From: Zygnema circumcarinatum SAG 698-1b
Taxonomy: Eukaryota; Plantae; Zygnematophyceae
DNA: 64,000 nucleotides
Direction of reading: 5' to 3'
NCBI GenBank assembly: GCA_037447605.1
Contig: CM074809.1
Location: forward strand, 1,230,689-1,294,688
In this document: positions 1-17,368 of the stretch, in pieces
Numbering within the stretch: position 1 is the first letter of the stretch
How the letters are laid out: the number at the start of each line of letters is the position of its first letter
The notes under the pieces: generated by a model
The model's database searches: none
The model's input: the letters and a program-made list of their open reading frames with translations, nothing else
What the model was told of the DNA's origin: nothing
Position numbers and translations under genes: made by a program

Positions 1-106
1 ATTCAAACAAGCGGTCATACCCAATCGGTCCTACTTCCAAACACAAGCTGACACCCACATGTTCCCTATCCCTTCCCCTTCCAAATTGCTTGTGGTTCGG
101 TTTCAG

Positions 107-6115
<6,009 letters not shown>

Positions 6116-6881
6116 ACAGAATCATTTTTGCTATAGAGTTCTTTTTGTCCAGATATGGTCTATCGGGTAAGTTTCCAGGGGGGCCTGCTCCAGGCATGGC
6201 CGGCTTTTTTCCCACTACTAATGAGAGTTCCGAATGAAGTGGACATCACCGGCTTGTGATCTGAACAAGAGGTGCAAGAGGAGGCAGGGAACAACCAGCG
6301 GTCGAGGGAGAGAGGCCTACACTCAGCTCCAAAATCTCACGATGTCCATATTATGTCCATATTGTCCCATGTGGGAGGAGATAGGGGCCCAACTCGGCAA
6401 TGGTTGTTGCTGGAAGTCACTAATGTGATCCACGTAAATGTCGGAAAGCAGTGGTTGCAATAATACGCTTTCGCACACTCTGCGAAGTGGGACTCTTGCC
6501 TTCTGCTTGTTTGGAGGCAGATGGTTTTCATTTTGGTGTTGTTGAGGTGCCTGACCCTTCAAAATAAGATTTTTCCTTCGGTGTGTTCACGTGTCTAGAA
6601 GATATTTGATAGGCTTTCGAATGACTTCCAAGAAGGCGAAAAAGAACCGGGATAACAAATCCAACACGCTCACCCTTTTTTGCATTTCCGAAATAGTGTG
6701 GCCCACACTATTTTCCAGTAGACATATACTTGATAACCTTTAGAAAATACTGTGGCCCACACTAATACGTATGACAACTGGCAAAAGGAGAAGAAGCAAC
6801 AACGACACGTATAAAGTTACAAATACAAATAAATGGGTATAAATGTATGTACAATGGCGAGCTGCGCGCAAGCCCTCGAGC

Positions 6882-9800
6882 CTAGAGCTTGTAGTCCAGC
6901 CCGGACCCAAACTCCCATGCCTCAAATCTTCTCCGCCACTCGTATCGCTCCGCCGGTGGAAGGCCCTCCACCCAATTCCTGCGCCGCAATGTAAAAGGCT
7001 TCATCTTTGCATGCACTTGGCTGAAATGCTATACACACTTTCCACTCTCTACCTAATTAGACGAGCGATACCGGGGCATCTGCGGTTACTTAGGGTCCAT
7101 TCAACATTAATGTTAAGGCTCTGTTAAACTTTGGACTGCAACAATTGCGAGTAACCACAAACCTGAGCGCAGGTGCGACTTTTGAGGAGAGCACAGTGTA
7201 GCTACCAAGGCCAATAAAGTGCTGCAGCCAATCAAATAGCGGCTCTATGCCAACCTGTCAAAAACATCAAGGATTGCATCAGCCTAAAAGGTGGAGAATG
7301 ATCGCCAAAAGGTTCAATCAAGGTTATGTAAACAGCAAGTGAGCCATCTTGAGCCATCTGGATTACAAGTTGAACTGGAGGAGCATTTGAAGCAGGCAAA
7401 GGCGTTATGAACCGAGTGAAGAAAGAGATAGTCGGCGGATGCAGACAGCACAGCCAAGATTAATGCCAGGGGATCAATTGGACAAATATACAAGCAATCA
7501 GAGAAAAGCGTTTGAACGGAACAACTGACAAGTGTGAGTTGGAAGGAAAGCGAGACAGAGAGAGAGAGAAAGGGAGGGAGAGAGAGAGAGAGATAGCGCG
7601 AGAGAGAGAGCTCACAGAAGCCAAGATAGAAGGGAGGAGGTCTGGCCTTGACACCATCATGCTGCCCATTGTGCTGGCCAGCGGGCCAAATTGTGTCACA
7701 TCCTGCACAGAAAAATTAGTTCCAATAGAATCAGCAGTTTGATTCTTTGATTATAGGTGTCACTAAAGCAAGTGAATCTATGCACCATAAGACGGCGCTG
7801 CTGGTAATTAGCAGTACCGATACAACAATCGAAATCCTGTAGGGGCTGTTTTGGTGCAGGACACAATCAACAATATCACAAAGGAAGATACTCTGATGGG
7901 TGAGCCAAAGTCCGAATGAAGCAGAGTCAATCAGGCCAGAATGGGGTGTGTATAAACAGAATCAGAGATAAATCGACACACTAAAGACTGACAGTGGGAA
8001 AAGCTAAAAGGGTGCCTTGCCTTTTCGCAAGTTGTCTGTCACATTAATCTCCGCAGATAGCTTTTGTTTCAAGCTGAATTGTTTGAGCTGAATGTGTCAC
8101 ATGTTTCATACTGCTATAAAGAAATGCATAGAGGGGACGATTACACCTACTTGCAGAAACGGACGTAGCACCGGATCTCCCAAATTCTGAAACATTGCTT
8201 CCCTCATCCCCACCATGAATGTTTTCTTTCCATCAGTACACCTTCTGTGTCAGTCAATCACTCCTCTCTCCCCATATCACCGCAAGTCATCCACACAACA
8301 GTACTTGAAAACCTTTAAACTATGAAACAGATTCAGAATTAAAAACTTTCACCTCCATGCATTTAAAGTTGGTTGCAAGAAGGGAGTTGATGAATTCGGG
8401 CGGCGGCTCGCTCCGTACAGGAGCCGACATGGCCCGTTGAAGAAGCCATGCTCCACTCAGGTTGGGCTGTACAATGGGTTTTTCAGCAACATTAGCGAGA
8501 AACTTGGCTAATAGAGAACAGATTTGAAATGGAGATGCGAATCATAATTGATGATCATTAAGTTCATCATTGAGTTCATTAAACAAAGTCAGATGTAAAA
8601 CACGCCGTTCACTCGCCTTGGTAAGTTCGAAATCGTGGAAACTGAAGCATGAGATGCAGCATTTCATGGATCATCGTCGACTACAAGAAGTCATACGAGC
8701 AGCCCATTTCAACTGTCCTGTAATTTTGCCGTGTTTTACTGCAAGTTGATGTTTCGTAGGACTCACTTGTAAAGCCCCAAGTAAAGAATTGTCAAGCAAG
8801 CAATGTGTTACCTGATATGCATTGATGAGTGCGAGCTCGCGGGAATTTAACAAATCTTCATCCAAGGCTTCAGTGATGCCTGCAGCCATCCATTTTGCTC
8901 ACACTTTCAACACAAACAGCAGCAGAAATAGCACAGTTCGTTACAACTTTGTTGGAAAATAGAGAAAAGCATTGTCGGACCTGCTGTTATGCGAGCAAGG
9001 TGACGTGTAATGCTCCCAAAACCACCGAATGAAAGTGGTGATTGGATTCCGCTAGCATCTCCCACCTGCCGATACATGCCCCAAAGTCCATGTTATCAAT
9101 TGGAAAAATGATCGAACTCATGCTGTACTTCAAATTATCGCCGTGCATGCATGAGCTATATGAAACTTACCTGCAGGATACGGTCGAAGGCTGCAGGCAG
9201 AGGGCTGCATCACATGGAAGAGCAGACATCTATGATCAGAACCAAAAAAACACCTCAAAGACTAAGAAATGCGAGCTTTTTGGCCCATGATTTCTTCTCA
9301 AGGGGTCGTTGCATCTCGTATGCAAAGCAATAGCTCAAACTCTTCTCTCTATCAAATTAACAGGCCATTCTGGGAGTCACTTACCTGTTTCGATACGTAG
9401 GGAAGAAGCCAAAAAGGACTCGCAAAAACTGCAAATCGTCCAGGTTCACCCCCTGCACACTCCTTCCCAACCTCCCTATTACACAAAGTCTAACGGCTGA
9501 ATACTACTCTCACCCTCCCCCGTTCATTTCCCTTTTAGCATTCAGCAATTGCTTATGGCGATGGCCCTAGTCTTTCACACAGCAATAGTGAACCACTTCT
9601 TACCACCCAATGTCTATCCTCTCTCCTGTCTGGGCTATGATGTTCCTGAAGCCCTCTCCCTCTTCCTCTTCCTTCAGCCCTCCCTCTCTTAGGAAGAGGA
9701 AAGGGAGCCTCCATATCCTCCCCAATTCCTTTACCTCCTCACCAGCTTGTCCCTCCTCTCATCAACCGCTCTCCCACCCAACTCCTACCCAGTTCATCTC

Positions 9801-12800
9801 CTCCTACTCCTCCCTCCAGCTCTACTTCTCCTCCCAACTCAGCCACCTCCTTCCCAGCTCACGTAGCCATCTGCCTGCTTTCCTCCCTCACCTGGTAGGG
9901 AGGCATGAGATCCCAATAGTCCTCCAGCAGCCTCTCCAAAGAGGGTCTCTCCGGCTGTGCGTCTAAATACGTGAAGAGATAGGTTGTGCGATCCATTGGA
10001 CCCGAACCTGCAGGGAAGGCCTGCACCTCTCCACTCTCTCAGCTACAACGGAAGCCATGGACAGAGGACAGTCTGAGCAGGTATCGGCTGTTTCATAGAG
10101 AAGAGCAGAGAGAGCACAGAGAGCAGAGAACATAGAGAAAGGAAGGGAGAGAGAGAGGCAGCGAGAGCAGAGAGAGAAAACGAGAGAGAGAGAGGGAGAG
10201 CAGAGGGAGGGGAGGGGGGAGAGCATAAAGCAAGAGTGACTTCGCCAACGACGACGAGACACTGAATGTTGACCTTTACCAGTCACTACTATCAGAATAT
10301 CACTGCTCACTGAACACTAAGGTAGGAAGAGGACATCACCTCCCAAAAGTATTGGCTTGGCGAGACACCGATCTTCTTTATGGGGGTGTTGGTGAAGATG
10401 ACGTCACTGGTGGTGTTGTTGGGAAATCCCCTTGCGCAACCTCCAACCACAAGGCAGACACCATCGGGCTTTTGACCCCACCGTATCTGCAGATAGAAGT
10501 GGATACTGCTATATTGTTTAACTTGGAAAACCCACTTGTTGACTCGGTCCTCATACTGCCTCAACTGACTAAAACTGCAAACTGATTGATCATAAGACTA
10601 TCCAGAATGTTTGCGGACTTTTAGGCTGAGTTCGACGAGTTTCATGGCTTTCGAAGCTGAGGTTTTCCGACAGCAAGAATCATAAGTTCTAAAGGAAAAA
10701 CAGGAACTTTGTCGAAGGCTGAGTTTTTATATAAAGTAGCAGTCATATCATGCTGCAGTACACATTGTGGCGGTTTTGTGCATCACACAAGAGAGTGGTC
10801 CAGCATGCTTGTAAGGCTTGTGGGTCATCACCAGACTGGAATGTATGTAGTAACGGAAGAAAGAATTATCCTTTCCATCGTTTTTGCCATTTACCTGACG
10901 AACTATTGGCGAAAAGTTTCCCATGGCGTCAATAAGAAGACGCCCTACAATTGGCTCTCTGCCCTCCAAGGAGAGAACCTGCAGATATTCAATTGAGTGA
11001 AACTCATAGGTCAATATCTTGTGAACAGCATAAACCACATCACATTAAAGTGCAGAAAGTGGTACATCAGAAAGAGAGCTACTAAGCAAGTTTCCACCCC
11101 CAACTGAAAGTCGAGTATGATCGGCAATGTATACTCACCACTCCATCATCAAAAACATTCGCTTTACTCAAGCCAACTCCCTCGAGCAGCACACCTCCGG
11201 CTGCCAGAAAGCGCTGTTTGACAGTTTCTATTAAATTTCGAGGTCTGTACAAACGACTCTGAACTCAGAAAGGTCTCCCCAAAAATTTCATTTATGGTGA
11301 AGAAAATTCATTTTGCCACTGATGTGTACAAAACTTAGGATATCCACACTGATAGACATTGCCAGCTTCGGAAAGCTGCATAACTGCTGCCTAACATGAG
11401 AGGCATATAAACAAATGTTGAAAAAGGTCAACTTACGAGACTCCCAAGTTGAGAATATCTCGCACCCATACGTCACTGCCCCCATAAAAACCGCAGCGAT
11501 TCTGCGTCATCACAGTTTTCTCATCAGCTACTGCTGCGCATCACTATGCAGAAATGACCAAGTCTGTGCAGAATCGTTCTGGGAAGCTGATCCTGATAAC
11601 AGTTGTTGTTCTGAAGTGATCATATCATATTCCTGCTAACTGTCGCTGCTAAACAACCTTAAACATAGTCAGGATTCGCCATGCTTACCGGGTTGAACTC
11701 TATAGAAACAACAGCTTCCACCTCCTCTTCAGAGAGCAAGCCTCCCTCCACAAGTTCGTTAAGCTCCTTTCGAGATATATTCCACTCTTGGGTCCTCTGG
11801 GATCCACCATTGCAACCATTGATTGAAGAGAAATGTGTGAAGGGGGGAAAATTCAAGCTAGCACATTTTCGATCGCATACCCCTTCCACATCTGATACTT
11901 TATGTATTTACAATCTGGACCGAACTGGGACTATAGGAGACCCTCCGCGGAATTACATGTAAGCGAAGCTTTAGGAAGTGTGGAGTTAAAACCCTTAGTC
12001 TATGCGGAAACATAATGTGCCAAAACTACTGGAACATTAACAAATCTGTTATGACGTGAGAAAAAGGTTATCCAAGAGTAGACGTATTCTTGACTATTAA
12101 ATGTCCATTGAATGGTCTCCACAAACCAGTTTTGCCTTCTGTTGAATGCATCCTGGACAAAAAAAAACCTCGGTTTCTCATATACTAGCTTCGATAAAAC
12201 ATGCCAGTTGGCTTTCTGTGCCTACCACGGTTTCATAACTTTGTTCCTTAATCTCACAGCTCGTTCAGAAAGTGAAAAGTGATATAACAACTGAAACCCT
12301 GAAAACCCTCACCCCGCGAAGCTCTCCTCTCTCCACAATAGCCACTTTCTTCCCTTTCAGAGCCAATGCTGTGGCCACAAATACTCCAAGAGTTCCTCCG
12401 CATACGACCACGTCAAACACTTGCGTGTCTTTCGCAACATTTGCAGACTGCCATCGACCGATGTTTCTGCGAACAGTTTCAGGTGCAGGTCCCGCTGCCG
12501 GGCCTGCAGCAGACAGAGGGAATATATATGCTGGTTTATACTGAGTTGGCTCATTTGTCTTCAAAATCGATTTGGTTCAATGCACTGAGAGCTGCTTACT
12601 GCCTATGGAAATCGAAAACTACAACAATTTATGTCGCCCAACAGCTTTTTCAGCCATTGAAAAAAAAAAATAATTTTTTTTTCATTTTTTTTTGATTTTC
12701 CAGCGCTTAGTATCCTATCCTAACCAAAAACAATGACTGGGTTGTGTAGTCTTCTACTTTCCAACCAAAAAAGTGTCACTAAGCCCTTTTCACATAGCCA

Positions 12801-14090
12801 ATATAAGAAAATGACTGAATTACGATCGTGAAAATTTATTCAAAGTGTTTCTTTCTTCATAAGTGCTCCTAAAATCTTTCCTTGTTTTTATTAGAATAAA
12901 TCAAACAAGAAGAACGGTTCAAATAAATTTACTGATTCACATACCTGTCTTCATTGTGCGAAGGCGCAGCCAATTGGCATCAGCCTGCTTCAAGGCATTA
13001 TATGTACCCACTCCCCCTGCACCACCCGCTCCATCCTCAGGTGGAAGGCTCTCCATAATGCGCTGCACAGATACATGATCCAACTTCAAGTTTAAGTGAC
13101 AGAGCCAAAGATTTTCAAAACTAAGAACGACTGAGCTAGGTCAGTGAATCTGTGAGTCAGATCCTCCATAACGTTTGAGAAAAAAGCCATTTAAAAAGAT
13201 ACCATTGTTGCTGATACCATCAGCATCGCCTTCTTTCGAAAGAAAAGGTCAATGAGGAAGAGGAAGCTTAGCTCAGCTTTGCCAGCTGTCCTTCTCTTAA
13301 AACCCAGCGAGTGAACTATGAAAAATTTCCGCTATCAACTCTAGGTTATCCTCTTCAAGGCGATTTCAGGTGATTCACATTTCAGCTCAAAATCTTGACG
13401 CTGCGTTGTGCGGAAAGCGCGGTGACCAACATGGATGTTGCGGTTGTATCCTCGCTAGTGATTCCTTTTATATAAATTACCATTTCAAACTTTTCTTGAT
13501 AAATTAAGCTTAAAAGATACAAAGAGGAGCATTAAGCATCTATTCTCGTTCAACACAGAAATGCGACATAGCAGGACAGAAACTTTAAGTCGCGGTGACC
13601 ACAAACCGATATGAGACTGAAAGATGGTTTTTGCAAGTGTGGAAAAAAGTGAAGTCTCTTCATTAGTTAGTATAAAGGCATATCCTCTTTCAATAAAGTA
13701 CTCGTTTTAACTTTTTATTAGACCTTCTCAAGAACTTAAAAAGTATTACGATCGGCTCAGCTAAGAGAAGCAAATTATAAGCTCAGTGTCAGTTCAGTTC
13801 AGTGTCACAAGACTGTTTTCAAGCACCAATTTAGTGATTTCTTTGTCCTGCTCAGGAGGTACCTTAGTCCTCGAGATTTCCACTGACTGAGCCTCCACAG
13901 CCGCAGCTTGAACGCGAGAAATCCGTCTGTATCCATAGCCTACCCCTTTCGTTTTTTGCCGACCTGCTTCACCTAAAAACCTACTCTTAAGCTGGCCACG
14001 TGTTAAGCGGACATGCGCTGCAGAGGAGGGCGCCACGTGGCCGCCTGCAGCTCCAACAGGTACGAGTATTGACAGCTGGCAACACGCCAT
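6882..14090 (-). CDS. CruP: CruP-like FAD-dependent lycopene cyclase family protein with plastid transit peptide (At2g32640-like)
   Basis: Spliced exons give a transit peptide (13863-14090), then RIMESLP...GGAGGVGTYNALK, FDVVVCGGTLGVFVATALALKGKKVAIVERG (FAD-binding), QEWNISRKEL, DILNLGVS, LLIDAMGNFSPIVRQ, PDGVCLVVGGCARGF, QYFWE|AFPAGSGPMDRTTYLFTY, SPLPAAFDRILQVGDASGIQSPLSFGGFGS, PNLSGAWLLQRAMS, LGDPVLRPFLQD, and WEFGSGLDYKL* (stop 6882-6884). Confidence 0.92.
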
Positions 14091-14369
14091 GGCTGCTCCT
14101 TATGCTCCTCCACTCCCTCCTCTTCCTCCTGTCCCGCTCTCTCCTCCGCCTCCCTCTCCCCCACCGCACACCCTAACCCTAAAACTGCTGCTCCCTCCCT
14201 CTGCTTGCAGGCCCCGCAGCGGCCACGTGGCGCCTCCTCCGAGAAGCGACGAGCGGCAGGGAGAGGGGGCGAACGGCCCACAAAACTGAACTGAACTGAA
14301 CTGGATTCCGTGTTACTGCCGCCATGGAACACGACGGAGATCGTTGGGTTTTTAGGGTTTTTACTAGAC

Positions 14370-14569
14370 AGGGGGAGTCAGACCTTGACAATCGCTTACG
14401 AAATTCCCGAATTCCTTATACTAAAAGTCACTCCTTTCGTATACGAAATCCGGGTCGGGATCCCCGGCTCCGCCGTCCACAACCGTACCGAAATGCGTAC
14501 CTAGCCAATGCTGAATTCGCACAGGCTTACGAAATTGATTTTGGCGATGGTCAAGGTCTGACTCCCCCT
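14370..14569. mobile_element. 200-bp MITE with perfect 20-bp TIRs
   Basis: AGGGGGAGTCAGACCTTGAC at 14370-14389 and its exact reverse complement at 14550-14569; no coding capacity. Confidence 0.85.
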
Positions 14570-14572
14570 ATT

Positions 14573-15162
14573 AGGGGGTGTCAGACTTAAAAAATTCTCG
14601 TAATACTAAAAATTCGATATTCGTAACATTTCGAGTCAACGTTAGTAGAACTAAAATTCTCGAGCGTAGTTTTTCGCACTCGCGGCGCGGTCCTGTTCGC
14701 ACTCCGCGATCGCCGTCTTCGCACTTCTCCAAACGCCGTCTTCGCAACTTCGCCCTCGCGCGGGGCCTCAGACTTAGAAACAGCGCCGGCGCGGCGCGCG
14801 GAGACCGCTTGTCGTTGTGTCGTGTTGCGCGTCACGTCGCTGCGCGCCGCCACCATCTCCGGCGCGCGGGCGGGCGGGAAAACAACCATGACGTCACGTT
14901 GACGCGATTTTCGCCATTCTTTTCTTCGCACGTCCATTTCGGCGCCTCTTTTGGGTGCGAACAAAATCGTGCGAAGAAGTGCCCTTTTTAGTAAACCCCA
15001 CGGGTCAATCTTCGCAACGTTGACCCGTTGACTTAGCACTTTGACTTCCGTTCGGTTCGGTTTAGGTTCGGGGGTGCGATGATTTTTAGTACTTAGTAAC
15101 CTCGATTCTCGTAATACTAAAAACTCGATATTCGTAACATTTTGTTAAGTCTGACACCCCCT
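14573..15162. mobile_element. 590-bp MITE with 18-bp TIRs related to those of the adjacent element
   Basis: AGGGGGTGTCAGACTTAA at 14573-14590 and its reverse complement at 15145-15162; ATT flanks both sides. A ~38-bp subterminal direct repeat (attctcgtaatactaaaa..tcgatattcgtaacattt) sits at ~14594 and ~15104. Confidence 0.88.
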
Positions 15163-15784
15163 ATTGGAGCGATGTGATGGTCTAATGGCTTTTTCATGTT
15201 TTGGTGGGTAGGTCAGAGCTCTGCTTTTGTACAAGAATTGGAAAAGAAAATCATATGATATCATAAAAGGGGCAGTCATTTTATCTCGTTGTCGCTGTCG
15301 CGGCATACTTAGGGCAAAACCTTAAGCTTTGGAAGTTCAAAGGCTTGAAGTTTGAAACTCAACTTTTGTTTTAAAGGAGTAACTCAAAAGTGAAATGCTC
15401 GAAAGCGGAATACGAAGGGGAGAGAGTCTTGTCAACAGAGCAGGGCTTCAGTGGCACTTGTTTCACATGCACAAAGTAAGGTCACAAATTAGTAAATTGT
15501 AAGAATTTTAAGAATTTGACAAAGATTAATCATCGACTTAAAACTTCTGATTTTTTGGTAAAATTACAATTTTAAACAAGCAATGCCACCTCGAAAGCCC
15601 CAACTTCTAACTCTACATTTCAAAAATAAAGCTTTACCCTAGTACTTCGAGTTGACAGCCCTCCTTCGAATCGCATCTTCAACCACGCGCTGTATATGAT
15701 AAACGTACAACCGCTCGTTTCTTAAACACCTGTAGCGAACTGAACGCTACAGACACCACGGTGCCGCCGGCATCCTGAGGATCT

Positions 15785-15867
15785 CCGTACGGTTCGGCCG
15801 TACGGGCCATCCGTACAGGTATACGGTGTAGCCGTACGGATCCGTACCACCCGTACGGACGGTACGG
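15785..15867. promoter_or_regulatory. Dense CCGTAC/GTAC cluster (SBP-domain core motif), putative regulatory element
   Basis: 7 GTAC cores in ~83 bp, nearly all within CCGTAC on one strand or the other. Confidence 0.5.
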
Positions 15868-16313
15868 ACTGACGGCGATTCTGCGGCGTCGCGCGTCGCG
15901 TTCGAGATCGGAACGCATTACGATACTTTCGGTCGCTATACAGGTTGACGATGTCACGGTCACGCATTAGGGGGGTCTCGGACTTAAAGCAAAACTTGTG
16001 TCGATGCGGCTTGGTAGTGGTAATCGGGGATAGTAAATTGGTAATATGATTACTTTGCGAACCTGTGCCGGAGCAAATGCAAAGTCAACTGGTAATCATT
16101 ACAAGTCCGAAAGTGGGTGTGGGCGCGGACTTGATAATCGTCTGACTATCACCGAGAAACTTATCCTGCCGCAAAGCGGTGGTTTCGATGCTCCGCGAAA
16201 GGAAATGGTAATGAAACGGGCGTCTGCGCGAGCGTCCACACCCGGCCTGACATCCCCCTCCCCGCCCAGCCGCCACTACCGCCTCCTCCTCCCCTGCGTC
16301 TTTGCCCGCCAGC

Positions 16314-17055
16314 ATGGCGGCGTCCCTCTTGCTCCGCGCGTGCCAGCCAGCCAGCGCTCCTCTCAAAACCGACCCGGCCAGCGGTATCCCACCCCTCTCT
16401 CCGCTTTCCCTCTCTTTCCCAACCCTCCCATTTTTTCGTAGTTTTGTTCTTCCCATCCTTACCTTATCCTTATTTTCTCATACTTTGTTGGAAAGAACTC
16501 TTCTGCAATACACGAATGAGGATGTTGCGTGGCCTTGCCTCCCCTTGGTGTCCTTTCCTTCTCGGTGTGCTTCGCTGCCTCTGCTGCCCTTTGCCATGAA
16601 GAATGCATCGCTCTCGTCTGTCTTGGTTTGCGAAAGGCGGGACATTCTCTTGTTTGAGCCAATTTTAGAGCAGTTAATTACTCACCGTCACATTGTGTCC
16701 TGACTATTGCTCCAGATGAGGAGATGCCACCTCACCTCACCTCTGCAGCAACCTGTTGTACCTCATGCCATTGCTTTTCCGACAACTGTTTTCACATCTG
16801 GAGTTCATACACATGAACTCCAGATGTTAGAGAAAGAGAACGTGGACCCATCGACGTTGCTTGCTTTCACGCAAGCCACAACAAAAATTGTCCCGTTCAA
16901 NNNNNNNNNNNNNNNNNNNNNNNNNNNNNNNNNNNNNNNNNNNNNNNNNNNNNNNNNNNNNNNNNNNNNNNNNNNNNNNNNNNNNNNNNNNNNNNNNNNN
17001 TCCTTGGAAGGGGGCACTTGCGATCGTTCCAGAAACCAGCATTACATTTAAGTGA
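16314..17055 (+). CDS. Possible gene of unknown function interrupted by a 100-N gap
   Basis: A C-rich leader precedes ATG 16314 (MAASLLLRACQPASAPLKTDPAS, transit-peptide-like), with a GT donor at 16384. After the gap a frame ends WKGALAIVPETSITFK* at 17055. No recognisable domain, and the two parts are not shown to be linked. Confidence 0.3.
16901..17000. other. Assembly gap (100 N); further 10-N gaps at 20375, 33197, 34282, 35799 and 38587
   Basis: Runs of N in the sequence. Confidence 1.
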
Positions 17056-17368
17056 CTTAGTCTCTAGCAGGCTTTGGGTGTTGTGCTCAAGGCTTGTTAC
17101 ACACCTGTCACATGTATTGACCCATTAGAGGAAAAAAATGTTATGGAAGAAGACATTCCTTGCACTTCAATTCTATTGATGTCAGTTGGGGGTAGGGATG
17201 GCCCGCGTTATAAAGTCCGACGACATTACTTACTTTACAACGGGTTTAAAAGTAGTAATATAGTATAAAGTAAAAGACTTTATTATATATATTATACCCA
17301 CTCGTTTTGAACAATTAACGACCGTACTCGTACGGTCGTACGGTCGTACCATACCAAAATTAGGTCGT

